Notes under the pieces: model-generated
What the model was told of the DNA's origin: nothing
What the model saw: the letters and a program-made list of their open reading frames with translations, nothing else
The model's database searches: none
Shown: piece by piece, positions 38,731 through 47,368 of the stretch
Layout: every line of letters begins with the position of its first letter
Position numbering within the stretch: position 1 is the first letter of the stretch
Translations under genes and position numbers: made by a program
DNA from: Abditibacterium sp.
GTDB lineage: Bacteria; Armatimonadota; Abditibacteriia; Abditibacteriales; Abditibacteriaceae
Assembly: GCA_965246885.1 (NCBI GenBank)
Contig: OZ251992.1
Location: forward strand, 3,264,001 to 3,328,000
Reading direction: 5' to 3'
DNA length: 64,000 nucleotides

Positions 38731-39930
38731 GTGAATCTCGATTCTCCGTCTGTCGAAGCCGCGCTCGCCGTCCTTGAGCGCGGCGCCGACACCATCATCT
38801 CGCGCGAGGAACTCCGCACCAAGTTAGACAAATCCGCCAAGACCGGCAAGCCGCTTCGCGTCAAGTTGGGCATAGACCCGACTGCGCCCGATATTCATCT
38901 GGGCTTTGCCGTCGTGCTTCGCAAACTGCGCGCCTTTCAAGACTTGGGGCACGAAGCGCATCTGATCATCGGCGACTTCACCGCCCAAATCGGCGACCCC
39001 TCCGGCAAGTCGAAGACCCGTCCGCCCCTCTCCTTCGAGGAAGTGCGCCGCAACGCCCAAACCTATCAAGAGCAGTTATACCAAGTTCTGGACGAGGCCA
39101 AGACCGTTCTGCATTTCAACGGCGACTGGCTCGGACACATGAACTTCGCCGATGTCATCCGCTTGGCGTCCAAGCGCACCGTCGCGCAAACTCTCGAACG
39201 CGAAGACTTCGCGCGGCGCTTGGAAGAAGGCAAGCCGATTGGCCTCAACGAGATTCTGTATCCTTTGTGCCAAGGCCAAGACAGCGTGCAAATCCGCGCC
39301 GACGTGGAATTGGGCGGCACCGACCAGCGCTTCAACAACCTCGTCGGGCGCGAACTCCAACGCGAGAACGGACTGGAGCCGCAAGTCGTGCTTCTGATGC
39401 CTATCTTGGTGGGTTTGGACGGCACCCAAAAGATGTCCAAGTCGCTGGGCAACTACGTGGGCATTTCCGACGCGCCCAATGACCAATTCGGCAAGCTGCT
39501 GAGCCTGCCCGACGAGGCGATGCGCACCTACTACACGCTGTGCACCCTTGTGCCAATGGAGGAAGTGGATACGATTCTGGCGGGGCATCCGATGGACGCC
39601 AAGAAGCGTTTGGCGCGCGAGATAGTGACGATCTATCACGGAGAGAAGGCGGCGCGCGCCGCGCAAACGGCGTTCGAGCGCACCACGCAGAACGACGAAA
39701 TCCCTGATGATATTCCGGTCGTTCCTTTTGCGGCGGGGGAGACGAGCGTGGTGGAGTTGGTCAAGACGTGCTTTACCTTGTCCGGCAAAGAAGCGCGCCG
39801 CCGCGTCGGGCAGGGCGCGGTTTCGGTTGACGGCGAAAAGGTGGACGATGAAGGCGCGACGATCACGGTCAAGGCGGGCATGGTCGTCAAAGCGGGCAAG
39901 CGCGTGTGGGCGCGGATAGAGGTGGTTTGA
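38731..39930 (+). CDS. tyrS: Tyrosine--tRNA ligase
   Basis: GIDPTAPDIHLG, GGTDQ, KMSKS, C-terminal S4 domain. Confidence 0.97.
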   Translation: MNLDSPSVEAALAVLERGADTIISREELRTKLDKSAKTGKPLRVKLGIDPTAPDIHLGFAVVLRKLRAFQDLGHEAHLIIGDFTAQIGDPSGKSKTRPPLSFEEVRRNAQTYQEQLYQVLDEAKTVLHFNGDWLGHMNFADVIRLASKRTVAQTLEREDFARRLEEGKPIGLNEILYPLCQGQDSVQIRADVELGGTDQRFNNLVGRELQRENGLEPQVVLLMPILVGLDGTQKMSKSLGNYVGISDAPNDQFGKLLSLPDEAMRTYYTLCTLVPMEEVDTILAGHPMDAKKRLAREIVTIYHGEKAARAAQTAFERTTQNDEIPDDIPVVPFAAGETSVVELVKTCFTLSGKEARRRVGQGAVSVDGEKVDDEGATITVKAGMVVKAGKRVWARIEVV

Positions 39931-40554
39931 GTGACGCCTTTTAAAGCGCAAATCCTCGCGCGTCTGGGCCGCTACTTCGAGCAGGAAGCCGAAGTCCGTC
40001 CCGTGTCGGACGAGTTGGAGTTCGCCTTGGTGCGCGGGAACGAGGCGCGCCCGTTCAACGCGGTGTGGACGCTGGGCGTCAGCGCGCAGGAGATGGAGGG
40101 CGTGCCCGACCCGGACTGGCGCTTCGCGGAGTTGGTGATGATGCTGCCGCTCGATTGGCCCCTCGAAAGGACGCCGGACAACTGGCCACTGATGTGGCTG
40201 GAGCGGTTGGCGATGTTTCCGCGCCGCCAAGGGGCGTGGCTGGGGCTGGCGCACACTCTCCCCAACGGCGAACCGGCGCAGCCGTTCTTTCCAACGACGC
40301 AGTTCGCGGCGTGGCTGCTGATTCCGCCGGTCGAGTTTCCCAAGCAGCTCGTCCGCTTCCGTTTGGAAGGCGGGGAAGTCCTGAACTTTTGGACGCCCAT
40401 CCCCATCTTCGCCGACGAGTTAGCGCTCAAGACCAACAAGGGAGCCGCCGAACTGCTGAACAAGTTCGGGCGCGCGGGCGTAGGCGATATCTTCGACCCC
40501 GACCGCCTTTCCATTTACAAGCGCCGGACGAACATTTTCGGGAAATACGTGTAA
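39931..40554 (+). CDS. Suppressor-of-fused (SUFU)-like domain protein
   Basis: TLGVS, AELVMMLPLDWP, WLGLAHTLPNG, PIFADELALK. Confidence 0.8.
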   Translation: MTPFKAQILARLGRYFEQEAEVRPVSDELEFALVRGNEARPFNAVWTLGVSAQEMEGVPDPDWRFAELVMMLPLDWPLERTPDNWPLMWLERLAMFPRRQGAWLGLAHTLPNGEPAQPFFPTTQFAAWLLIPPVEFPKQLVRFRLEGGEVLNFWTPIPIFADELALKTNKGAAELLNKFGRAGVGDIFDPDRLSIYKRRTNIFGKYV

Positions 40555-40661
40555 TGCCCATTTCAGCGACGGTAGCACTGGCGACGCGGAACAGGGCCAC
40601 TGTGTACGCTGAAGAACCCTCGCATCAACTGTTAAGAGTGACAAGTTAAACTAAGGATGAC

Positions 40662-42206
40662 ATGGCTTTCGAGACCCATCACTCCTCTAACTCTCCAGAT
40701 TCCTCTTCCTTGCCTCCGGCAGACCGCGCCGCGACGGGTGTAACGGGCTTGGACGATATTTTGGGCGGCGGTTGGCCCGCGTGCCGCTTTTATCTGGTGC
40801 AGGGCGACCCCGGCACGGGGAAGACGACGCTGTCGCTGCAGTTTCTGCTCGCGGGCGTGGCGCTGGGGGAGAGGTGCTTGTATATCTCCTTGTCCGAGTC
40901 GCGCGAGGAGATCATCCAAGTGGCGGCCTCGCACGGGTGGGGTTTGGAGGGCGTGGACATCGTGGAGATGAGCCACGACGAAAGCACGCTGTTGCCCGAC
41001 GAGCAAAACACGCTGTTCTTGCCGTCGGAGATCGAGCTATCGGAAGTCACGACGCGCATTTTGGCGGAAATAGACCGCCTCAGCCCGGCGCGTGTGGTGT
41101 TCGATTCCTTGTCGGAGTGGCGGCTCATGTCGGGCGATGGATTACGCTTTCGGCGGCAGATACTGGCGCTCAAGAATCACTTGTCGGCGCGCGGCGCGAC
41201 GGTGCTCCTGCTGGATGGCAATGGGGCGGGGCACGCGATGGACTTGCAATCGCTTGCGCATGGGGTGCTCCAGTTGCAGCAAGTGCACCCCGAATACGGC
41301 GCGGAGCGGCGCCGCATGAGCGTGGTGAAGTTGCGCGGGGCGCGTTTTCGCGGCGGCTTTCACGACTTCGCCATCGAGCCGGGTGGTTTGGCGGTGTATC
41401 CCCGTTTGGTGGCGACCGAGCACACCGCGCCGTTCCGCGTGGAAAAGGTCTCGTCGGGCTTGCGCGAAATAGACGAACTGGTCGGTGGCGGCTTGACGCG
41501 CGGCACGGCGACGCTGTTGGTGGGGGCGTCGGGAACGGGAAAATCCATGCTGACGCAACGCTACATCGAAGCCGCTTTGGAGCGCGGCGAGTGCGCGGCG
41601 CTGTTCGCGTTCGAGGAAAGCCGCGACATCATCGAGCGGCGCGCGACGCGCTTTGGCTTTGAGTTGGAACCCTACCTCCAGAACGGCGCCTTCCACTTGC
41701 AGACCATAGACCCGGCAGAACTTTCGGCGGGCCAGTTCGCGTGGAAGGTGCGCCAACGCGTCGAGGAGTCGGGCGCGAAACTGGTGGTGTTCGACTCGCT
41801 CAACGGGTATTTGTACTCGATGGGTCAAGAGCGGAACTTGCTGCTGCATATGCACGAACTGCTCTCGTATCTGAGCGCGCGCGGTATTCTAACGCTACTG
41901 GTGGTGTGTCAAGACGGGATGGTCGGCGGCTCGATGCGAAGCCCCATAGACGTGTCGTATCTCGCCGATACCGTGTTGCTCCTACGTCACTTCGAGGCGT
42001 TTGGCGAGGTCAAGCAGGCGGTGTCGGTCGTCAAAAAGCGCGACGGCGGCCACGAGCGCGCCATCCGCGAACTGCGCTTTTCCGAGCAGGGCCTCCAAGT
42101 CGGCCCGCCGCTGCGCAACTTCAAAGGCGTCTTGACCGGCGTGCCTGACTTCTTGGGAACAAGCGGGCCACTTTTGGACGGGGCGATGGACGGACACAAT
42201 GGGTAA
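40662..42206 (+). CDS. Double-domain KaiC-like ATPase
   Basis: Two RecA folds (GDPGTGKT; GASGTGKS), FDSL, SYLAD, VVKKR..HER.IRE. Confidence 0.9.
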   Translation: MAFETHHSSNSPDSSSLPPADRAATGVTGLDDILGGGWPACRFYLVQGDPGTGKTTLSLQFLLAGVALGERCLYISLSESREEIIQVAASHGWGLEGVDIVEMSHDESTLLPDEQNTLFLPSEIELSEVTTRILAEIDRLSPARVVFDSLSEWRLMSGDGLRFRRQILALKNHLSARGATVLLLDGNGAGHAMDLQSLAHGVLQLQQVHPEYGAERRRMSVVKLRGARFRGGFHDFAIEPGGLAVYPRLVATEHTAPFRVEKVSSGLREIDELVGGGLTRGTATLLVGASGTGKSMLTQRYIEAALERGECAALFAFEESRDIIERRATRFGFELEPYLQNGAFHLQTIDPAELSAGQFAWKVRQRVEESGAKLVVFDSLNGYLYSMGQERNLLLHMHELLSYLSARGILTLLVVCQDGMVGGSMRSPIDVSYLADTVLLLRHFEAFGEVKQAVSVVKKRDGGHERAIRELRFSEQGLQVGPPLRNFKGVLTGVPDFLGTSGPLLDGAMDGHNG

Positions 42207-42223
42207 GCCGCTCGCCGCTCCCT

Positions 42224-44374
42224 TCACGGCAGGACTTCGGCGTCCACCACGATGCGGAATTGACCCTCGGCTTGGATGCCGAAAAGGAACTCGACGTTCA
42301 CGCTCGCACCCGCCGCGAGGGTGCCGCCCGGAAGCGGCGCCGTCCAACCGGCGTTGAGGCCGCCGCCGTTGCCAGTGCTTGCGGCGGTGAGCGGCGCTTC
42401 GGTGGGCATGGTGGGCGCGTCCAAGGTCATGCCGTAGGCGCCGCGCTGCAATTGGCCGTTGCCGTCGAAGTAGCGCACGCCGCCCGACGAGATGGCGCGC
42501 AGGTCAGCCACGCCGCTCGTGGTGCTCATTCCGGCGGTGATGGCCACGATGCGAAAGCGCAACTTGGACACATTGGCGCCGGAGTTGTTGGTGATGGTGC
42601 GCCGGATGGTGAGACGCCCCTTGGAGTCCACGCTGCTACCCCGACTGCCGTAGCGGGCGTAGGCGCTCAGGCCGGGCGGGGTGTAGGGCGCGTTGCGGGT
42701 ACTCCCGTTGCGCTGGATGGTAGAAGCGGCGTTGTGCGGGTTCGGGCTGCCCAAGCGGGCGGCGCCTCCCATTGCGCCGACTCCGGTGCGGTCGGTGGTG
42801 CTGCTCGTGGCGGCGGTGTCCACGAGGTTGAAGTCGGCAGCGTTGTCTCTGATGTTGGACGGGCTTCCCGATTCGAGGCGGCGCACGTAAGCGTATTGGT
42901 CGGCAAGGCTGGCGGGCGCGCCGTAGGCGGGCAGATAGGCGCCCACGCTGTCCACGACGGTGCCCGCCGCGTTGTTCAAGGAAAGCGCGGTGCCGGTGGG
43001 GATGTCGCCGGGGCGATTGGTGCTGGCGGGGATGTCGCCGGAGTAAGTGACATCGGGCACGGCAATGGCGCCCAACGAGTAGCCGCCGGAGTTGGCGAGC
43101 AGCAGGTGCCCGAACGCGGGGATGGTGCCAGTGATAGGAACGGAAACGCTTCCCGCGACAAGGTTCCACCCTGAGACGTTGAGCGCCGCGCCGGTGGTGT
43201 TCGCCAACTCGATGAACTCATCGGCGCTGCCGTTTGGCCCACTGAGGCGGAACTGGCTAATGAGGGCGCCCGTCGTGGCGGGGGCAGGAATATAGAGTTC
43301 GGCACTCGCCAGAAAACCGGAACTGTCGTAGCCGCCCGACACGAGGACTTGGCCATTGCCTAAGAGCGTGGCAGTGTGCTGAGTGCGCGCGGTCCCCAAG
43401 GAGCCGGTGGCGGAAAAGGTGCTGGTGGTGGGGTCATACAACTCGGCGCTCGTCAAATAGATGTCGCCGCCGTTAGCTCCCGTTCCCCTTCCCGAAGCAA
43501 AGAGAATTTGGCCGTTTTGGAGGAGCGTGGCAGTGTCGAGGTCGCGCGCCGTATGAAGGCTTCCCCCAGAGGAGAAGGTGCTGGTAGTGGGGTCATACAA
43601 TTCGGCACTGGCGAGGTAATTGGAACCGTTGTAGCCGCCAACGACGAGGACTTTGCCGGAGGAAAGGAGGGTGGCGGTGTGGTCGCCGCGCGGCGCCGTG
43701 AGCCTTTGGGTGACGGCAAAGGTGCCGGTAGCGGGGTCGTAGAGTTCGGCACTCGTCAAGTAGCCGGAAGCGCCACTTCCTCCAGTCACGAGTAATTGAC
43801 CGTTGTTGAGGAGGGTGGCGGTGTGGAGGTAACGCGCGGCGTTGAGGTTTCCGGTGGAAGTGAAGGTGCCGAGGGCGGGGTTGTACAGTTCGGCACTTGC
43901 GAGAGGGGCGCCGCTCGAACTTAGTCCTCCGGTGATGAGGACTTGACCGTTGTTGAGAAGAGTGGCGGTGTGTTGGTAGCGCCCCGTGCCCATGTTGCCG
44001 GTGGGCGTGAAAGTGCCCGACGCGGGGTCGTAGAGTTCGGCGCTTGCGCGGCCTGCGCCTCCGGCGATGAGGATTTTGCCATTGCCCAAAAGGGTGGCGG
44101 TGGCGGCGTAGCGCGCGGCGTTTAGGGCACCCGTCGCGGCGAAGGTGCTGGAAGCAGGGTCGTAGAGTTCGGCGCTGGCCAAAATCGTCGTGCCTGTTCC
44201 AATGCCCCCGGCGACGAGGACTTTGCCGTTGGGGAGCAGGGTGGCGGTGTGTTCGCGCCGCGCCGTCGCCATGTTGCCTGTTGGGGCGAAGGTTTGGGCA
44301 CGGGCGGCGGCGCCGAGGACGACGCAGAGCAGGAACGCAAGAACCGCACGGGCGGCGTGGGTGAGTGGGCGCAT
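42224..44374 (-). CDS. Secreted 7-blade Kelch propeller + lamin-tail domain + C-terminal beta domain
   Basis: Signal peptide from MRPLTHAA; seven HTATLLxNGxVLxxGG-type repeats; ISQFR...DEFIELAN. The 1126-aa ORF call extends antisense to the desaturase. Confidence 0.88.
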   Translation of the reverse strand: MRPLTHAARAVLAFLLCVVLGAAARAQTFAPTGNMATARREHTATLLPNGKVLVAGGIGTGTTILASAELYDPASSTFAATGALNAARYAATATLLGNGKILIAGGAGRASAELYDPASGTFTPTGNMGTGRYQHTATLLNNGQVLITGGLSSSGAPLASAELYNPALGTFTSTGNLNAARYLHTATLLNNGQLLVTGGSGASGYLTSAELYDPATGTFAVTQRLTAPRGDHTATLLSSGKVLVVGGYNGSNYLASAELYDPTTSTFSSGGSLHTARDLDTATLLQNGQILFASGRGTGANGGDIYLTSAELYDPTTSTFSATGSLGTARTQHTATLLGNGQVLVSGGYDSSGFLASAELYIPAPATTGALISQFRLSGPNGSADEFIELANTTGAALNVSGWNLVAGSVSVPITGTIPAFGHLLLANSGGYSLGAIAVPDVTYSGDIPASTNRPGDIPTGTALSLNNAAGTVVDSVGAYLPAYGAPASLADQYAYVRRLESGSPSNIRDNAADFNLVDTAATSSTTDRTGVGAMGGAARLGSPNPHNAASTIQRNGSTRNAPYTPPGLSAYARYGSRGSSVDSKGRLTIRRTITNNSGANVSKLRFRIVAITAGMSTTSGVADLRAISSGGVRYFDGNGQLQRGAYGMTLDAPTMPTEAPLTAASTGNGGGLNAGWTAPLPGGTLAAGASVNVEFLFGIQAEGQFRIVVDAEVLP

Positions 44375-44530
44375 GATGAGAACAGTTGCGAGTATCGCAC
44401 AGGCGCTGTTTGGGTGGGCCGTGATAGCGTTCGCTGGCGGGTTTCGCCGCCCTCCAATGGAAGTGACAAGGGGACAATAGCGGGTGCGCGGGCGGGGCTT
44501 TGTTAAAATTAGGTGTAGATTACCCCGATT

Positions 44531-45826
44531 ATGGCCACACGTAGCGTTATGGCGCGCATGGAAGACTTCTTCTACCGCGAACTGATGAGATACCTCGCCC
44601 TCGCCGAGCAGAAGCGGCGCTGGAACCCCTTTACCGACATCCCCTACGCGCAAGCGAACCCCGACTCCAGCCAGACCCTCGCGCAGTGCGTCGAGACGTT
44701 CTGCGCCGTCGAGATGTATTTGCCCGACTTCACCTCGAAGATGCTCCACATGATCCGCCGCAGTCGCGGGCGCTCGTGGTTCCACATCAACTGGGGCTAC
44801 GAGGAGTCCAAGCACTCGCTCACCCTCGAAGGCTGGCTCCTCGCGTCGGGCCACCGCACCGAAGAGCAGCGCGAAGCCGTCCAAGCCGCGCTTTCCACGC
44901 TCGAATGGGAACTCCCCTACGACCACCCGCGCCAAATGGTGTGCTACACCATGATCCAAGAGTTGGCGACGTTCTGGAACTACCGCAACTTGGAAGGCAT
45001 CGCCGCCCAGCAGAACGACCGGGCGCTCGTCGCGGGGCTGCGCATCATTTCGGTGGACGAGCGCGTCCACTATAACTTCTTCCGCAACACCGTCAAGGAG
45101 TGGATGAAGTGGGACGAGGAAGGCACCATCCACGACTTGAAATACGTCTTCGACCACTTCTCCATGCCGGGACGCACGCAAATCCCCGGCTACGAAGAAG
45201 CAGAGCGCGTTCTCGCCAAGACCGGCATCTACGGCCCGCGCGAATACATCAAGCTCGTCAAGAACCCCATCCTCGAAGACCTGCGCTTGGACAAGAGCTT
45301 CCAGAAAATCGAGTCCGAGGAAGAACGCGCCCACGCCGAAGCCGCGCGCCGCGCCGCGTTGGAAGGCAGCGTCGAGCGCATCGAACTCAACGGCAACGGC
45401 CACGCGGTTGCCAAAAACGGCACGCCCTTCAACTCGCACGCCGTCGCGCAGGTGCTTTCCAACCTCAAGCCCGCCCGCCCCGGCCAAAAGCCCGAACTGC
45501 CCGCCACCTACCCCAACGGCGCCAAACGCTCGGCGTTTTTGGATGTCGTGGGAATCGAACCCGCGCGCCGCAACGAGCCGTCGCGCTCCATTATCCTCGA
45601 CCACATCCCCGACAAGCTGAACGGCTCGCGCGGCATGGACAAGTTAGACAACGCCCTCGACCAACGCCTCATGGCCATCGGCGACGAACTCTCCAACAAC
45701 GCCGACGAAATGCGCGGGGAGCGCGCCCAAATCCAGCAAGAGCGCCAAATCACCCGCAAGTCACGGATGAAAAACGACCGTTTGCTGCGGAAGCACGACG
45801 AGGAAAGCGAGAACGGCGGGGGGTAA
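44531..45826 (+). CDS. Acyl-ACP desaturase-like ferritin di-iron protein with C-terminal extension
   Basis: VEMYLP, WGYEESKH, QELAT, DERVH, FSMPG. Confidence 0.85.
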   Translation: MATRSVMARMEDFFYRELMRYLALAEQKRRWNPFTDIPYAQANPDSSQTLAQCVETFCAVEMYLPDFTSKMLHMIRRSRGRSWFHINWGYEESKHSLTLEGWLLASGHRTEEQREAVQAALSTLEWELPYDHPRQMVCYTMIQELATFWNYRNLEGIAAQQNDRALVAGLRIISVDERVHYNFFRNTVKEWMKWDEEGTIHDLKYVFDHFSMPGRTQIPGYEEAERVLAKTGIYGPREYIKLVKNPILEDLRLDKSFQKIESEEERAHAEAARRAALEGSVERIELNGNGHAVAKNGTPFNSHAVAQVLSNLKPARPGQKPELPATYPNGAKRSAFLDVVGIEPARRNEPSRSIILDHIPDKLNGSRGMDKLDNALDQRLMAIGDELSNNADEMRGERAQIQQERQITRKSRMKNDRLLRKHDEESENGGG

Positions 45827-45829
45827 ACG

Positions 45830-46237
45830 ATGGATGAACCCCTAAAAGTCCCGGCGTGGATGGACAACTTCGACGCCTCGCATTGGCCGGACGACGAAGA
45901 TGAACTCATCGCGTGGCTCGACGCGCGCGACGTGCCCCTCCCCGGCTTGGAGAAGAGGAACGGCTTTGAGTTGGAGTGGTTGCGCGTCTTTTCGCTCGTC
46001 AAAGAGCAGGAGAAAATCGTGCCGCTCGATGAGGCTGAACTCGCGGCGCTCACAGAGGTTCGCAAAGCCGCGTTCCTCCACGTCATCCGGCTCACGGGAA
46101 ACGATGATCTGGCCGCATCGGTCAGCGACGACTTCGACTTGATACTGCGCGCCGCGCGCGTCGGGATTCACGACGAGTGGCTCGACAAACTCCGCGCCGA
46201 ATACGAAGCCGGACGCTTTCCGAACGGCGCGCTTTAA
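45830..46237 (+). CDS. Acidic hypothetical protein
   Basis: 135-aa ORF packed between the desaturase and NUDIX genes. Confidence 0.6.
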   Translation: MDEPLKVPAWMDNFDASHWPDDEDELIAWLDARDVPLPGLEKRNGFELEWLRVFSLVKEQEKIVPLDEAELAALTEVRKAAFLHVIRLTGNDDLAASVSDDFDLILRAARVGIHDEWLDKLRAEYEAGRFPNGAL

Positions 46238-46239
46238 CC

Positions 46240-46695
46240 ATGCCCCACATCCACGATGCCATTGACTTCACGGTGTCTCTCTTCATCGTTCACGAGGGGC
46301 GCGTGCTACTCGTGCATCACCGCAAGTTGGGGAAGTGGCTGCCTTTGGGCGGGCACATCGAACTGGACGAAGACCCGGAAGCCGCCGCATTGCGCGAGGC
46401 GCGCGAGGAGTCAGGGTTAGAGATTGCCTTGCTCGGCGAGCGCCCGCCCACGACGGAAGACGGGACGCGCGCCCTCCTTGCGCCGCGCTTTTTGGATATT
46501 CACCGCATCAGCGACACGCACGAACACATCGGCATGATCTACTTCGCCCGCGTCGTGGCGGGCGACCTCGCGCTTTCGAGCCGCGAACACTTCGCCATCC
46601 GGTGGTGCGGGCGCGCCGAGTTGGACGAACTGGTGCCGCCGCTCTCGAACGCCATTCGCTGGTACTGCGAAGCGGCGCTGCGGGAAGTGGCCTGA
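46240..46695 (+). CDS. NUDIX hydrolase
   Basis: GGHIELDEDPEAAALREAREESGL. Confidence 0.92.
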   Translation: MPHIHDAIDFTVSLFIVHEGRVLLVHHRKLGKWLPLGGHIELDEDPEAAALREAREESGLEIALLGERPPTTEDGTRALLAPRFLDIHRISDTHEHIGMIYFARVVAGDLALSSREHFAIRWCGRAELDELVPPLSNAIRWYCEAALREVA

Positions 46696-46706
46696 CGGCG
46701 CTGACT

Positions 46707-46724
46707 TTGTGAAATATTGCACAA
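46707..46724. promoter_or_regulatory. Rex-like operator upstream of pncAB
   Basis: TTGTGAA-ATAT-TGCACAA, one mismatch to TTGTGAA-N4-TTCACAA; overlaps a candidate -35 TTGCAC. Confidence 0.6.
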
Positions 46725-46771
46725 CCCCGGCGAAGCGTGCAAAATAGTTCCTCATCTTCGGAGGAAACGAA

Positions 46772-47368
46772 ATGACAGCTTTAATCATTGTGGATGTGCA
46801 GAACGATTTTTGCCCCGGCGGGGCGCTGGCAGTGGCGGGCGGGGATTTGGTGGTGCCCGTTATCAACGCCATCTTGCCGCGCTTTGACGTGGTGGTGGCG
46901 ACGCAGGACTGGCACCCGGCGAATCACGCCTCCTTCGCGGTCAACCATCCCGGCACCCGCGTGGGCGAGGTCATAGAACTGGACGGCTTTCCGCAAGTGT
47001 TGTGGCCCGCCCACTGCGTTGCGGGCACGCATGGCGCGCGGTTGCGGGGCGACTTGGACACGTCGGGCTTGGACGGCGTGTTCCAAAAGGGCGCCGACCC
47101 GATCGTGGATTCCTACTCCGGCTTCTTCGACAACGGACGCCGCCACGCGACCGGCTTGGGCGCGTATTTACAAGGGCGCGGCGTGAGCGAGGTGTCGGTG
47201 TGCGGCTTGGCGACTGATTACTGCGTCCGATGGACGGCGCTGGACGCCCTTTCGCTCGGCTTTGTCGTGAACGTCATTGAGCAAGCGTGTCGCGGTGTGG
47301 AGCTGCAAGTGGGCGACAGCGCGCGGGCGCTTGATGAAATCCGCGCGGCGGGGGGGCGAATCGTTTGA
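46772..47368 (+). CDS. pncA: Nicotinamidase/pyrazinamidase
   Basis: VDVQNDFCPGG, QDWHP, WPAHCV, GLATDYCV. Confidence 0.95.
   Translation: MTALIIVDVQNDFCPGGALAVAGGDLVVPVINAILPRFDVVVATQDWHPANHASFAVNHPGTRVGEVIELDGFPQVLWPAHCVAGTHGARLRGDLDTSGLDGVFQKGADPIVDSYSGFFDNGRRHATGLGAYLQGRGVSEVSVCGLATDYCVRWTALDALSLGFVVNVIEQACRGVELQVGDSARALDEIRAAGGRIV

Noticed and set aside
40662..42206. Circadian clock locus
   Set aside because: No kaiA or kaiB, and it lacks the ST phosphosite pair.
44375..45604. N-terminal 410 aa of the 1126-aa minus-strand ORF
   Set aside because: It is mostly the antisense shadow of the desaturase gene; the signal peptide begins at 44374.
46240..46695. NrtR regulator of pncAB
   Set aside because: NUDIX domain only, with an intact Nudix box and no C-terminal wHTH.
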